64,000 nucleotides of DNA from a virus (taxonomy: Duplodnaviria; Heunggongvirae; Uroviricota; Caudoviricetes): IMG/VR virus record IMGVR_UViG_2799112923_000001; one strand, 5' to 3'. The notes beneath the pieces were generated by a model. The model searched no databases. It worked only from the letters and a program-made list of their open reading frames with translations, and was not told the DNA's origin. The position numbers and the translations under genes were made by a program. This document shows, one piece after another, positions 47,740 through 57,586 of the stretch. Every line of letters begins with the position of its first letter. Position 1 is the first letter of the stretch.

Positions 47740-48413
47740 TGTTTTTTAATAAAATAGAATTGGTAAATGTTGATTTGAGAGATACTATACCTGAATCTTC
47801 TGTGTGCCATCCTAAATGGTGGGAAGGTAAGAAGTTCACACCAGTACCATTTCTTGATACAGTTATCAAGACTATTCCAGGTGTAATTGATACAACTGGT
47901 TATAGAATTACAGATAGCATATTTAGATATGAAATTAAAGTTTGTTGTGGTGAATGGGGTGATTACACCAATTACAGTTCCATAGAATATGATTGTAATA
48001 TGCTTGATGATTATTTCATAATCTACAATGAATTGTATTATGATTTTGAAATAACTGATGATTTTATGCCTGAAGTTGTTAGAGCTTCTTTACGAAAGAA
48101 TGATAAACCTTATGGTTTTGGTGCTTGCGAAAATTATATGACTCAAGGCAACCAACTGAAATATGACATTTATTCGTTGGAAGATTTGGATGATTTCAAA
48201 CAACATGTGATTGGAACTATTAACACATTACAGAAACAAATTAAAGACAACATAAAGATACATGAGATTTTACATACTGGTGATTTTAAAACCAATATGA
48301 CTAAATTAAATGAACAACAAAAAGAACTTACTCTAGCAAAGAAAAATCTTGTAACCAAGACTGCCAAGAGTGTAATGAACCTTATTAAATTGGGAGATGA
48401 CTTCAATGGCTAA
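47739..48413 (+). CDS. DF-tail family protein, long class
   Basis: Ends NLIKLGDDFNG*. Confidence 0.75.
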   Translation: MFFNKIELVNVDLRDTIPESSVCHPKWWEGKKFTPVPFLDTVIKTIPGVIDTTGYRITDSIFRYEIKVCCGEWGDYTNYSSIEYDCNMLDDYFIIYNELYYDFEITDDFMPEVVRASLRKNDKPYGFGACENYMTQGNQLKYDIYSLEDLDDFKQHVIGTINTLQKQIKDNIKIHEILHTGDFKTNMTKLNEQQKELTLAKKNLVTKTAKSVMNLIKLGDDFNG

Positions 48414-49071
48414 AATAGATTGTTGGGATGCAGAAGCACAACGGGCTCAAACCTTAGATTTGGTACGCCAGTTTTCAAAAGATGTAAAAGAAAAGACTAA
48501 GCTCAAGAAAATTCACCCGGTGGATGGTAACACTATCATTATTCGTTATTGCGATATTGATTCACCAACCCTTGACCGCTGCCGAGAATTTGTTCAAACT
48601 GACAAGCCAATTATTAAACTCAAGTATTACAACAAATTAGGTAAGTTGTATTTCGCAAAAGTCATTGTTTATCATATCTTGAAGGAAGAAGAAAACATTG
48701 ATACCTTCCGTTTCTTTATTGATAAACGAATGAGGGGTAAAAACGATGATGGTAAGTTCTATGATACATCAATGTATCTTTTCACTACCAAGTCTTATAA
48801 GACCGAACAGTGCCGATACAACAACGAATCTGACGATATTTTTGTAACTCTCAATAAGGTTATCGGCCGAGTGGAACATTCATTCAGTATGTTTGACAAC
48901 ATTCTAAATGATAGTGATGTAACCAACTACACTTCACAGATGACCGATTTGGATAAAGAAATTGCTGCATTGAATGAAAAGCTGAGCGAATTACATTATC
49001 GTAAAAGTGAAGTTAACGGCAAAATGCAACAGGCTATTAAACTCAAAATTGATGTAATGAAGGATTTCTAA
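48406..49071 (+). CDS. DF-tail family protein, long class
   Basis: Start ATG 48406; ends KMQQAIKLKIDVMKDF*. Confidence 0.8.
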   Translation: MAKIDCWDAEAQRAQTLDLVRQFSKDVKEKTKLKKIHPVDGNTIIIRYCDIDSPTLDRCREFVQTDKPIIKLKYYNKLGKLYFAKVIVYHILKEEENIDTFRFFIDKRMRGKNDDGKFYDTSMYLFTTKSYKTEQCRYNNESDDIFVTLNKVIGRVEHSFSMFDNILNDSDVTNYTSQMTDLDKEIAALNEKLSELHYRKSEVNGKMQQAIKLKIDVMKDF

Positions 49072-49685
49072 TGGGAACTGCTAGTAAGATTGTAACATTT
49101 GTAAACAAAGTTCTAAACCCATACGGACTAGGATTTAAAGAAGCACAATTTAATACAATGTATAACAATAATGAATCAAATGTGTTCATTACTTTTAAAG
49201 ACATTAAAAATCGCATTCCCATTAGGTTCTTCAACATTGACGATGATGCAAGGGTATTCAGTTTCTTTATTACATTGACAAATCATAGATTTAAGAGATT
49301 CAATATCACAGCTTATGATTTTTTGCCCCAGTTGAACATTAACGCAATTAAATCTTATGTAACTAAAATGAAAACAGAAGATGGACCTTCGTCAACCGGG
49401 TTTTATAGTCAAAAACTCTTTATGGATAATGTTAAAGTTGAGATAGATAACGATGCCCAAATTGTTGAGACTTTGACTAAACATATTGGCGAACAAATTG
49501 AAGCATACAAGCAACGAATTGCTGACATTGAAGATTTTCTTGAAGAACAAGATTTACAGACTTTCGCAAATGAAATCAAAAAGCGAGAAGAAGAAATTTT
49601 GGAGAAATCCACATCATTGAGAGATTACAAAGAAAAGTATTACAAGAATTTGAAACTAATCATTGAAGCCAAGAAGGATTTTTAA
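49071..49685 (+). CDS. DF-tail family protein, long class
   Basis: Ends NLKLIIEAKKDF*. Confidence 0.8.
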   Translation: MGTASKIVTFVNKVLNPYGLGFKEAQFNTMYNNNESNVFITFKDIKNRIPIRFFNIDDDARVFSFFITLTNHRFKRFNITAYDFLPQLNINAIKSYVTKMKTEDGPSSTGFYSQKLFMDNVKVEIDNDAQIVETLTKHIGEQIEAYKQRIADIEDFLEEQDLQTFANEIKKREEEILEKSTSLRDYKEKYYKNLKLIIEAKKDF

Positions 49686-50026
49686 TGAAACATATCCATC
49701 AAGATTTGATTGATTGGTTGAGAAGTCAACACTTTCAAGTCAATATAGAAACCAAAAAACCAAATAGTGATTTTTGGGCATCCAAGTATGGTGAAACTTT
49801 GCTTTCTTATATTGATGGTGTGTTTTCTTATAGTGATTATCAACCATCCATTGATGCTATAACTGATTTTCAATATGATTATAATGAACTTGACGATTAT
49901 AATATAGAGGAAGTTCATAATGTAATAAAAGGAGCTGTATCACGATTTGATGAATGGCTATTTTTTAAAACAGATTTAGGTAGAAAAGTAAGAAAAAGTT
50001 TAGACGAAATAAAGAAGGATTTTTAA
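49685..50026 (+). CDS. DF-tail family protein
   Basis: Ends SLDEIKKDF*. Confidence 0.8.
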   Translation: MKHIHQDLIDWLRSQHFQVNIETKKPNSDFWASKYGETLLSYIDGVFSYSDYQPSIDAITDFQYDYNELDDYNIEEVHNVIKGAVSRFDEWLFFKTDLGRKVRKSLDEIKKDF

Positions 50027-50027
50027 T

Positions 50028-50732
50028 ATGAAACTAAATGATTTGATAGACCCTTCCAATACAAAACAACGAATAGCAAGATATAGAGAAAAAATGAATG
50101 ACGAGATTTATTCATTTTTAGATTCGTTTAAGTGTAATGGTGAAGAACTTGTAGTGAACCAGTTGTATGATGGTGGTTCTGATAAGAAAAAAATTTATAT
50201 TGATAAAATGTGTTATAGAATAAATTTTGCTGATAACCCAGGATTTCAAAAGATTGCTGAAAAATTGCGAGGCGAAATTCGTGTATCTGTTGGTTATGAT
50301 ATAGAAGTTAGGGTTAAAGTTCCTTCAATGAATATGTTAAGCAATTACAACAATTATATTAATGATGTTGTAACGTCTAAACTGAATAATACAGAAATTC
50401 ATACTTGGGGTACTACTGATTTTTGGATAGAACCACAGGTCATTACAAAACGAGTAATGACAGTTCCCACAGCAACAAAGTATATTCAAAAATTCTTTGA
50501 TTTCTCAGTTGATACAATTCAAAAGGGATTGACATGGAGCCAGTCAAAAGAAATTCAAGATGTGATTGAATTTACATATCAAAAGAAATTAGTAATAAAA
50601 GATTACGATAACCAGATAGGAAAATTGTGTACTGAACGAAACAAAATAGAGCGAGAACTGGACACATATAACGGAAAGTTGATTGAAAATTTCAAAAAAG
50701 AACGAGAAATGATGAAAGATTTCCAAATGTAA
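50028..50732 (+). CDS. DF-tail family protein, long class
   Basis: Ends KKEREMMKDFQM*. Confidence 0.8.
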   Translation: MKLNDLIDPSNTKQRIARYREKMNDEIYSFLDSFKCNGEELVVNQLYDGGSDKKKIYIDKMCYRINFADNPGFQKIAEKLRGEIRVSVGYDIEVRVKVPSMNMLSNYNNYINDVVTSKLNNTEIHTWGTTDFWIEPQVITKRVMTVPTATKYIQKFFDFSVDTIQKGLTWSQSKEIQDVIEFTYQKKLVIKDYDNQIGKLCTERNKIERELDTYNGKLIENFKKEREMMKDFQM

Positions 50733-50793
50733 AGAAATTTTTACACAATTTTACATTATTTCTATTGACAATGGACTAACAATTTACTATATT
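50728..50793 (+). promoter_or_regulatory. TGTAAA-N6-TTTACA box plus sigma70-type promoter
   Basis: Box 50728-50745, gap 19, TTGACA 50765, N17, TATATT 50788. Confidence 0.8.
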
Positions 50794-50823
50794 ATACTCA
50801 AACTTTAACAAAAGAGGTAAACT

Positions 50824-52233
50824 ATGGCAATTACAAAGGCAAAGCAGATTAAGAAGAATGACATTAAGAAGCAGAAGCAGGTAAAGAAGGTAGCCACCAC
50901 CACGAAGAAGCCCACGAAGCTCAAGGTCCATGATGGTGCGGATTTTTATGCTCACAAGCATATCATAAACTATCTTACAGAAACTGATCTTTACAAGTTC
51001 ACCCAGCAGCAATTTTATGTTCACCGTCGCCCAAACGATAGAGCGAAGTGGGAATTTAAGTGCCGAACCAAGGGTGTGAATCTCGCTCCACTCTGTAAGC
51101 GAATTAATGAAGAATTGGATTGGCTTTGTTCTTTGAAGTTCCAGTCTTGGGAATTGGATTGGTTTAAGAAGCAGGATTATTTCTCTCACGATTATGTGGA
51201 ATTTCTTGAAGATTTCCAGTTGAAGCGCCGTCATATCAAGTGTTTCACTGACAAGAAGAATACCACTCTCTTTGTAGAGGCAGAAGGTTCTCAAAAGAAT
51301 GTTTCTCCGTTTGAGATTTATGTTCTCCATATTGTTCAGGCTCTTTGGATGGCCGATGAAGAACTTGATTGGGAAAAAGCAAAAACAAATCTTGACAACG
51401 AAATTATGAAGGTCAATGCTGCTACCCGAGCTGGCATTATTTTCACGATTTCCGATTTCTCTGTTCGCCGCACTATTTCTTCCGACTGGGAAGATTATAT
51501 GGTTGGTCGCATGTTGGCTATGTGCCCGGCATTTGTTGGAACTAGCAACGTCTATCTCGCCATTAAGCATAACTGCAAGGCGATTGGCACCTTCGCTCAC
51601 GAATTGGATGCTACCTACCAGGGATTGGATAGTGTGCCGGTAGCAAATGCCCAGAAGCAGAAGCTCACAGATTGGGCAGACGAATACGATGGCAAGTTGG
51701 GTATCGCACTCAGCGATAACTATGGTTTCAAGAGTTTCTTGGAAGATTTCGGTCTCAAGTTCGCAAAACTCTTTGATGGTTGCAGGCACGATAGCGGTGA
51801 CCCAATTCGCTGGGGTGAGATGTTGATTGCCCATTACAAGAAGTTGGGCATTGACCCTCGTTCCAAGGTGGCATGTTGGAGTGATAGTCTTGACATTGAC
51901 AAGGCTCTCGCCATCGCAAAGCACTTCAATGGTCGCATCAAGATTGCTTTCGGTATCGGAACATATCTCGGTGCCACTGTATGTGGAACAAAGAAGAAGC
52001 CATTGAGCATGGTTATGAAGGTTGTGGAAGTTAATGGTAAGCCAGTTGTGAAGCTCTCGGATAGCACTGGTAAGACTATGTGCCACGATGAAGGCTACAT
52101 CAACTATGTTAAGGCAGTCTACAACTATAAGAGCATTGACGATATGACTACTGAAGAAATTCGTGCTATGCTCCCTGCTTTCGTAGATGTTTGGCTCAAG
52201 GACATCTACACTCCAGTTGGTGAAGCAGCCTAA
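50824..52233 (+). CDS. pncB: nicotinate phosphoribosyltransferase
   Basis: TDLYK, DFSVRR, GTSNV, GTFAHE, RHDSGDP, SDSLD, FGIGT, KPVVKLSDSTGK; Lys-rich N-terminal extension. Confidence 0.92.
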   Translation: MAITKAKQIKKNDIKKQKQVKKVATTTKKPTKLKVHDGADFYAHKHIINYLTETDLYKFTQQQFYVHRRPNDRAKWEFKCRTKGVNLAPLCKRINEELDWLCSLKFQSWELDWFKKQDYFSHDYVEFLEDFQLKRRHIKCFTDKKNTTLFVEAEGSQKNVSPFEIYVLHIVQALWMADEELDWEKAKTNLDNEIMKVNAATRAGIIFTISDFSVRRTISSDWEDYMVGRMLAMCPAFVGTSNVYLAIKHNCKAIGTFAHELDATYQGLDSVPVANAQKQKLTDWADEYDGKLGIALSDNYGFKSFLEDFGLKFAKLFDGCRHDSGDPIRWGEMLIAHYKKLGIDPRSKVACWSDSLDIDKALAIAKHFNGRIKIAFGIGTYLGATVCGTKKKPLSMVMKVVEVNGKPVVKLSDSTGKTMCHDEGYINYVKAVYNYKSIDDMTTEEIRAMLPAFVDVWLKDIYTPVGEAA

Positions 52234-52565
52234 TGGATGTAACAGAATATAAAAAATTGAGTGAGATTAGATTCCATATACAACATAATGGAGTCTACTT
52301 ACTCAAATTTTATAATCTGTATAATACCCATAATGATAAACTTTTAAAGGCTTTTATTGAAGAATTTGATTACGAAGGTTTCTGTTCAGTTGAAGGACAA
52401 AAGTTAGATTTGGATTATGTTTTAGAAATAGTCAAGTCTAAAACAGAAAATGTTGTAACAAACAAAGTAATTGAATTGATTAAGAAAGATGTGAATACAG
52501 ACCTTTTAGTAAAAGAAATAAAAGCATTTGTAAATGAACTAGCCATAAAGAAAGACTTTGATTGA
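52233..52565 (+). CDS. DF-tail family protein
   Basis: Ends KEIKAFVNELAIKKDFD*. Confidence 0.8.
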   Translation: MDVTEYKKLSEIRFHIQHNGVYLLKFYNLYNTHNDKLLKAFIEEFDYEGFCSVEGQKLDLDYVLEIVKSKTENVVTNKVIELIKKDVNTDLLVKEIKAFVNELAIKKDFD

Positions 52566-52575
52566 GAGGTACACA

Positions 52576-52824
52576 ATGTTTTGGAAAAAGAAAACTCCCC
52601 AAATTGTTGAACCAGTATATTTGAAGAATGACAAGGGTGCACTCGTTGGTGTTCGTATGGGAGAGAAGGAATTTCGTCTCGCAGCATACGATTTAATGAT
52701 GTGTAATAACCCAGGTCAAAAGATTATCTACATGTATGACAAGTTGGGAAACAAAGTTGCCTGGGATATCAGATCTTTTGAAGAACTAGACAATATGTTG
52801 CGAACAAGTTTCCAGCCACAATAA
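52576..52824 (+). CDS. hypothetical protein
   Basis: Start ATG 52576 after GAGGT. Confidence 0.7.
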   Translation: MFWKKKTPQIVEPVYLKNDKGALVGVRMGEKEFRLAAYDLMMCNNPGQKIIYMYDKLGNKVAWDIRSFEELDNMLRTSFQPQ

Positions 52825-52884
52825 AATTCACCTTTGGTTTATTCATTGGTTTTGTGGCTAATAAATAGATTAAAGGAAAATTTT

Positions 52885-53334
52885 ATGAAAGAATTAAGTT
52901 GTGGTTTTATTATTGTGAATAAAAAGAATCCAAAACAGATTTTGGCTTGCCAGCCAAATGGAAGAAAGGCCAACTGTTTTGGTAATTATGATATTCCAAA
53001 AGGACATATTGAAAAGGGCGAAACCACCTTGAATGCCGCAGTTCGTGAATTACAAGAAGAAACCGGCTATAAAATCAAGAATGAACAAATTTATGATTGT
53101 GGTCTTTTTCAGTATATAAAGAATAAAGATTTGTATGTTTATTTGATGTTCTCAGATCTTGACATTGGGTCATTACATTGTGATAGTACATTTGAATTAC
53201 ACGGTAGAATGGTCCCGGAAGTAGTCAATTACAAGTGGACTGACGATGTTCGTTTATTCTATAAATCTTTACAACCAATTATTGAAGAATGTTTAGACCA
53301 CTTTGAAGAAGGATATTATGAAGAAGTTAGTTAA
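52885..53334 (+). CDS. Nudix hydrolase (T4 NudE-like)
   Basis: Start ATG 52885; SCG, DIPKGHIEKGETTLNAAVRELQEETG. Confidence 0.88.
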   Translation: MKELSCGFIIVNKKNPKQILACQPNGRKANCFGNYDIPKGHIEKGETTLNAAVRELQEETGYKIKNEQIYDCGLFQYIKNKDLYVYLMFSDLDIGSLHCDSTFELHGRMVPEVVNYKWTDDVRLFYKSLQPIIEECLDHFEEGYYEEVS

Positions 53335-53452
53335 AGTTTTATTTGGTGTTTTGGGTGTAACTGCTACAGTTTACTTTTTCAAGCAGGAAAAGAGAACTAT
53401 CAAGAATTTACGCCGAAACATTGATGAACTAATCAAAAAGAAAATGGTATGA
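53318..53452 (+). CDS. small membrane-anchored protein (not in ORF track)
   Basis: MKKLVKVLFGVLGVTATVLLF...; AAGGA RBS. Confidence 0.5.
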   Translation: MKKLVKVLFGVLGVTATVYFFKQEKRTIKNLRRNIDELIKKKMV

Positions 53453-54063
53453 TTACTATAACAAATGATGTTCCATATTGCAACGAAGAAATAGATTTAT
53501 CTGTTATCGCAGATATTTTCCATAAACTATTTCCTAGTTATAATCTAACAAACAAATTATCTTTGACTCATTATAAAGACAAAGATTATTTCTCATTAAC
53601 CGGTTGGTGTGGTGATTTGAAACCTTCAATTCGTAAGATAATTGAACAAACACCACTAATTGAAGACTGGGAAAATGCTGAATGTTTGCGTTTTAGATTT
53701 TGTTATGAAACAAATAATAATAAATGGTGTGCCGATACATGGAACACAGTTTGTAAGTATTTTATCTTTAACATGGATGGCAAATATAATTTAGTTCAGC
53801 AGAACGATTATCACCGAATGTTGCCAGTTTATGAGAATCACTTTTCAGGATTTTCTACAGCAAGAAAATATCTTACAGATAGTGAAGAAAAAATGAAAAA
53901 AGGGTTTAACTGTGTTAAACATTTGTGTAAAATGCTTAAAGATGGTGGAATTATGGCTAATCTTGAAAAATTAACAGAAATGCGAGATTCCATTAAAGAA
54001 CTTGAAGAAAAAACACTACAAATGATTGACACTTACGATAAAATTAACTCAGATTTCAATTAA
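53449..54063 (+). CDS. DF-tail family protein, long class
   Basis: Ends TYDKINSDFN*. Confidence 0.8.
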   Translation: MITITNDVPYCNEEIDLSVIADIFHKLFPSYNLTNKLSLTHYKDKDYFSLTGWCGDLKPSIRKIIEQTPLIEDWENAECLRFRFCYETNNNKWCADTWNTVCKYFIFNMDGKYNLVQQNDYHRMLPVYENHFSGFSTARKYLTDSEEKMKKGFNCVKHLCKMLKDGGIMANLEKLTEMRDSIKELEEKTLQMIDTYDKINSDFN

Positions 54064-54129
54064 TGTAAACAATTATTTACACAATTTATACATTGGGCTA
54101 TTGACAAATAGTCCAATTTTTTCTATATT
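54064..54129 (+). promoter_or_regulatory. TGTAAA-N6-TTTACA box plus sigma70-type promoter in a hairpin
   Basis: Box 54064-54081, gap 19, TTGACA 54101, N17, TATATT 54124. Confidence 0.8.
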
Positions 54130-54163
54130 TAACTTAGATAACAACAAACCAAGAGGATTAACT

Positions 54164-55249
54164 ATGATTTATTACTATGGACTTTCTGCCGACCCAATTA
54201 CTATTGCCCACATTGACATTCTTAAATCCATTTACAAGCGCCTGGGTGAGAACGATAAACTCATGATTGGTGTTGTAAACAATGACGAAAAGAATTACAA
54301 AGCTCTCGGCTCCGACCGAATGGCTATGGTGTTTGAAATGCTCCATGCCAAGTTTGATATGGAAAAGGGCAACATTGAAGTTAAGAACCAAAACGATAGA
54401 ACATACAAGTTCTTGTGTGATTATATCGCAGCTAATGATTTGACCATGAAGGACATTACTATTGTTGTTGGTCAGGACGAATGGAACTCTCTTTGTTCCG
54501 GTAAGTGGGTTAATTGGGACCTGCTTTTGAAGCATTTTGAATTTCTTGCTTTTTGGCGAGAAGGAATGGATGACACGATTGTTATGCCTAAGTTTGGTGT
54601 GAATGTTGAATTTACATCTTTCAACATTACCCATTCTGTTAGTTCGTCTAAGGTTCGTGATATTCTCTCCCGAAACCCCGATTGCCACTATGAAGATGTG
54701 AAGGATTATATCACTCACCAGGCGTTCCGTTATATCAAGGAACACAAACTCTACAACCAAAATTCGTTTGACTATGATAAGGAAGAAGCAAAATTTCTCC
54801 AGGATTACGCAGTAGCCAAGCAGAAGAATGGTTGGGGTGAACCATCGGTCACCACAGATACGATTGCTTACAATGGCGAACAGATTTTGCTAATTCGTAG
54901 AAAGAAACCTCCATTCCAAAACTTTTGGGCCCTACCTGGTGGTTTCTTTGAAAAGACCGACGAAGATTTGAATTATGGTGCTGCCCGAGAACTTCGTGAA
55001 GAAACATCTCTTGATATGGACCCGGAACAGTTCGTACAAATTAAGACCTATGGACACAATTTTGACCCGCGTATGAAGATTGTTGATACTGCGTTTAGTG
55101 TTCGTATTCCAAAGAAGATGATGGACAAGGCAAAAGCTGATGACGATGCTGCTGAACATCGTTGGTTCAACATTAACGATTTGCCGAAGCTTGCTTTCCA
55201 CCACGAAATGATTATCAAGGATTGGCTTCGCAAGAAGGAGAACTCCTAA
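54164..55249 (+). CDS. nadD: bifunctional NaMN/NMN adenylyltransferase (NadD-like) and Nudix ADP-ribose pyrophosphatase
   Basis: Start ATG 54164; GLSADPITIAH, VGQD...W, VSSSKVR...YIKEHKLY; Nudix WALPGGF...AARELREETS, DPR, LAFHH. Confidence 0.85.
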   Translation: MIYYYGLSADPITIAHIDILKSIYKRLGENDKLMIGVVNNDEKNYKALGSDRMAMVFEMLHAKFDMEKGNIEVKNQNDRTYKFLCDYIAANDLTMKDITIVVGQDEWNSLCSGKWVNWDLLLKHFEFLAFWREGMDDTIVMPKFGVNVEFTSFNITHSVSSSKVRDILSRNPDCHYEDVKDYITHQAFRYIKEHKLYNQNSFDYDKEEAKFLQDYAVAKQKNGWGEPSVTTDTIAYNGEQILLIRRKKPPFQNFWALPGGFFEKTDEDLNYGAARELREETSLDMDPEQFVQIKTYGHNFDPRMKIVDTAFSVRIPKKMMDKAKADDDAAEHRWFNINDLPKLAFHHEMIIKDWLRKKENS

Positions 55250-55467
55250 TGGAATTGATTTCACTGTTAATGATTGCTAACATTGTAGTTCATCTCGGGC
55301 CGTTCCTGGGGCTATTCCTGCGAAGCACGAATATGCTAAAGTTCATGCTCATTACAGATGTAATCATTACATTAGCCAACATTTTCTGTTGCCCAATTTC
55401 CGCTATCATTTGGGGATTTATGACCTATGTAGACTGGAAAGAACATGGCTACATTTTCAGGGGGTAA
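55249..55467 (+). CDS. small membrane protein
   Basis: Start ATG 55249; hydrophobic. Confidence 0.65.
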   Translation: MELISLLMIANIVVHLGPFLGLFLRSTNMLKFMLITDVIITLANIFCCPISAIIWGFMTYVDWKEHGYIFRG

Positions 55468-55470
55468 TGT

Positions 55471-55890
55471 ATGTTTCGTTATGACAAAGTAGAAAAAGTA
55501 TGTAATAAATACGGCTATTTGATTGAATTGTGTACATACAATTACTCAAAGAGGTTCGTAATTCTTACATACGATACACGATGCAAACAGGGCAAAGTTC
55601 CAGTTGGCTATATTGAATTTGAAGATATTATTACAAGAGATGGTGTTCAGTATGTAAAGAAAATTCATTTGTATAGTGAATTAACAATGAATGTTGAAAG
55701 CAACAGTATCAAACCTGAAGATTGGCATGCGAGTGAACACGAATTTTATTTGTTCTTGGTGAAATGGCGACTGAAGAAATTCCGTAAACAAATTGACGAT
55801 TTTGATTCCCATATCACTTTTTTAGAAACACATAACAAGAAACAAAAAGCAAACAAACTAGAAATGGATGCTGACAAAGATTTCAAATAA
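55471..55890 (+). CDS. DF-tail family protein
   Basis: Ends KKQKANKLEMDADKDFK*. Confidence 0.8.
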   Translation: MFRYDKVEKVCNKYGYLIELCTYNYSKRFVILTYDTRCKQGKVPVGYIEFEDIITRDGVQYVKKIHLYSELTMNVESNSIKPEDWHASEHEFYLFLVKWRLKKFRKQIDDFDSHITFLETHNKKQKANKLEMDADKDFK

Positions 55891-55902
55891 GGAGAAATAA
55901 CT

Positions 55903-56274
55903 ATGAAGTTTAAGACTGTAATCTATGTAACGAAAGATAACTCCCCAGGCATTGATTCATGGGCCGAAAAGAAGTACGATGAACAGTTTAATCGTATTGA
56001 TGGAACGGTAGAAAATGAAGAAGAATGGAATAAATTTTGGACTGATGTAAAGACCAATTTGGTAGATAACATTGATACTTCGCCATATTTTATTGCTATG
56101 GTTTTCAATGAACTCGGCGATAACATTATCAATTTCTCTGCTGAAGATTTATCAGATGACCCAGATGCTATGGGCTATGGTTCTTCTTATGGTAAGGATT
56201 GGAGTTGGGTATCTACCAAGGAGCCATTACAGACAAAAGAAGAATATGAAGAATGGCAGGAGAATTTCTTTTAA
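55903..56274 (+). CDS. acidic hypothetical protein
   Basis: AGGAG RBS. Confidence 0.75.
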   Translation: MKFKTVIYVTKDNSPGIDSWAEKKYDEQFNRIDGTVENEEEWNKFWTDVKTNLVDNIDTSPYFIAMVFNELGDNIINFSAEDLSDDPDAMGYGSSYGKDWSWVSTKEPLQTKEEYEEWQENFF

Positions 56275-56456
56275 TGGTTTCCAAGTACATTCACTATTTC
56301 AAATTTACAGATGGTCATAACGATTACGAAGCCAAAATTGAAAACGATGACGATGCTGAAACATTCAAGAATTGTGTAAATCGTTGCCGGGAAAAGGTTT
56401 TCGGACCTGCTGGTATTTCTGTAACGGAAATTAGAACGGAGTTGCGTGATGATTAA
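56274..56456 (+). CDS. hypothetical protein
   Basis: TAATG coupling at 56274. Confidence 0.65.
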   Translation: MVSKYIHYFKFTDGHNDYEAKIENDDDAETFKNCVNRCREKVFGPAGISVTEIRTELRDD

Positions 56457-56826
56457 ACTTAGAAGAATTAGCGAAACTGAGTTTATTAATGCTCTTGAAA
56501 AGACTGCTCGGGAACTGGGTTATACAGTAGAACGAAAAGACTATACTGATTTCAAGGAAACATACACATTCCAGGTGTTTCATACTATGAAACTTCCAAC
56601 ACATAAAAACGAAATTTTGGGTATCATTAAAACTTTTACGGATGGTGATACTGAATGTTGGAGATTCCAATTCAATAAAGATGACCATCCTGATTGGGCT
56701 ATGTGTGGTATAAGATTCAATTATAAGTATTTGGAAATTTTCAAGAAGTATCTAATTGAGTTTTCAAAGAACTATAAGCAGTATTTGGAATGGCAAAATC
56801 TCAAGGACTTAAAGGAAGATTTTTAA
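56446..56826 (+). CDS. DF-tail family protein
   Basis: Ends KQYLEWQNLKDLKEDF*. Confidence 0.8.
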   Translation: MMIKLRRISETEFINALEKTARELGYTVERKDYTDFKETYTFQVFHTMKLPTHKNEILGIIKTFTDGDTECWRFQFNKDDHPDWAMCGIRFNYKYLEIFKKYLIEFSKNYKQYLEWQNLKDLKEDF

Positions 56827-57203
56827 TGAAGAAAGAAATTTCTTTTAAAGATTATCGTCAGTTTATGCTAGACCAAGGACTATCTTATGAAAGTTCTATT
56901 GATTATGATGAAGATGCACAGCTTAATGGTTGGGTATTTAAACATGGTCAGTATACATTCTATTTGGTTGATTTGACTGAACCAATGCGACCAAATGACA
57001 TAGAACCTTCAATCTATGAATTTGCTGAAGGGTTTAACCATGAAACTATGGAAATTAACCAGCTCATTACAGATGACGATGAATATGCTGCTAAACACCC
57101 AAAGACTTTTAAAGAATTTAAAAAGATGTTAACTGAGAGCATTAAAGATTTGAAATCCTATGTAAATCAGATTGACATTGATAAAATCAAGGAAGATTTC
57201 TAA
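56826..57203 (+). CDS. DF-tail family protein
   Basis: Start ATG 56826; ends KSYVNQIDIDKIKEDF*. Confidence 0.8.
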   Translation: MKKEISFKDYRQFMLDQGLSYESSIDYDEDAQLNGWVFKHGQYTFYLVDLTEPMRPNDIEPSIYEFAEGFNHETMEINQLITDDDEYAAKHPKTFKEFKKMLTESIKDLKSYVNQIDIDKIKEDF

Positions 57204-57574
57204 TGGATATTATTAAAGAAATAGTTATGATATTATTGTTGGTTGGTGTTTTAGGCACACTATTTAATTTGTTTGCCGGCGCCGAGTTGGAAGGATATTT
57301 CAGCGAAAAAGTTGTTTTTGTAATAATTGGTATTTTGTATGTGTTGGAAATCGTCGGTTGCCATTATATGTTTAAATGGGACCGAGAGTCAGCAGAAGAA
57401 AGACGAAGAACTGCTTATGTTATTCACATTGAACCAGATGGCGAAACATGTGAAGGACGATATTATTCGGGTAAGAATAGCCCTATAACAGTTAAATGTT
57501 TAGATGGCAGAACATATATAGCACAATCTATACAAGTTATTAAAGAAATTAAACTCAAACATCCAGTAAAATAA
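57203..57574 (+). CDS. two-TM membrane protein
   Basis: Two hydrophobic helices. Confidence 0.7.
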   Translation: MDIIKEIVMILLLVGVLGTLFNLFAGAELEGYFSEKVVFVIIGILYVLEIVGCHYMFKWDRESAEERRRTAYVIHIEPDGETCEGRYYSGKNSPITVKCLDGRTYIAQSIQVIKEIKLKHPVK

Positions 57575-57586
57575 GGAGATAAAATT

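Noticed and set aside
50776-52086. 436-aa minus-strand ORF, and similar ones at 41055..41738, 45889..46392, 54158..54760, 59906..60745
   Set aside because: Antisense shadows of well-supported + strand enzymes (pncB, ligase, nadD, nadE); no motifs of their own.
50824-52233. NadV/Nampt (NARP2) assignment
   Set aside because: Motifs (GTxAHE, RHDSGDP, FGIGT, KLSDxxGK) fit PncB, and pncA and nadE are present.
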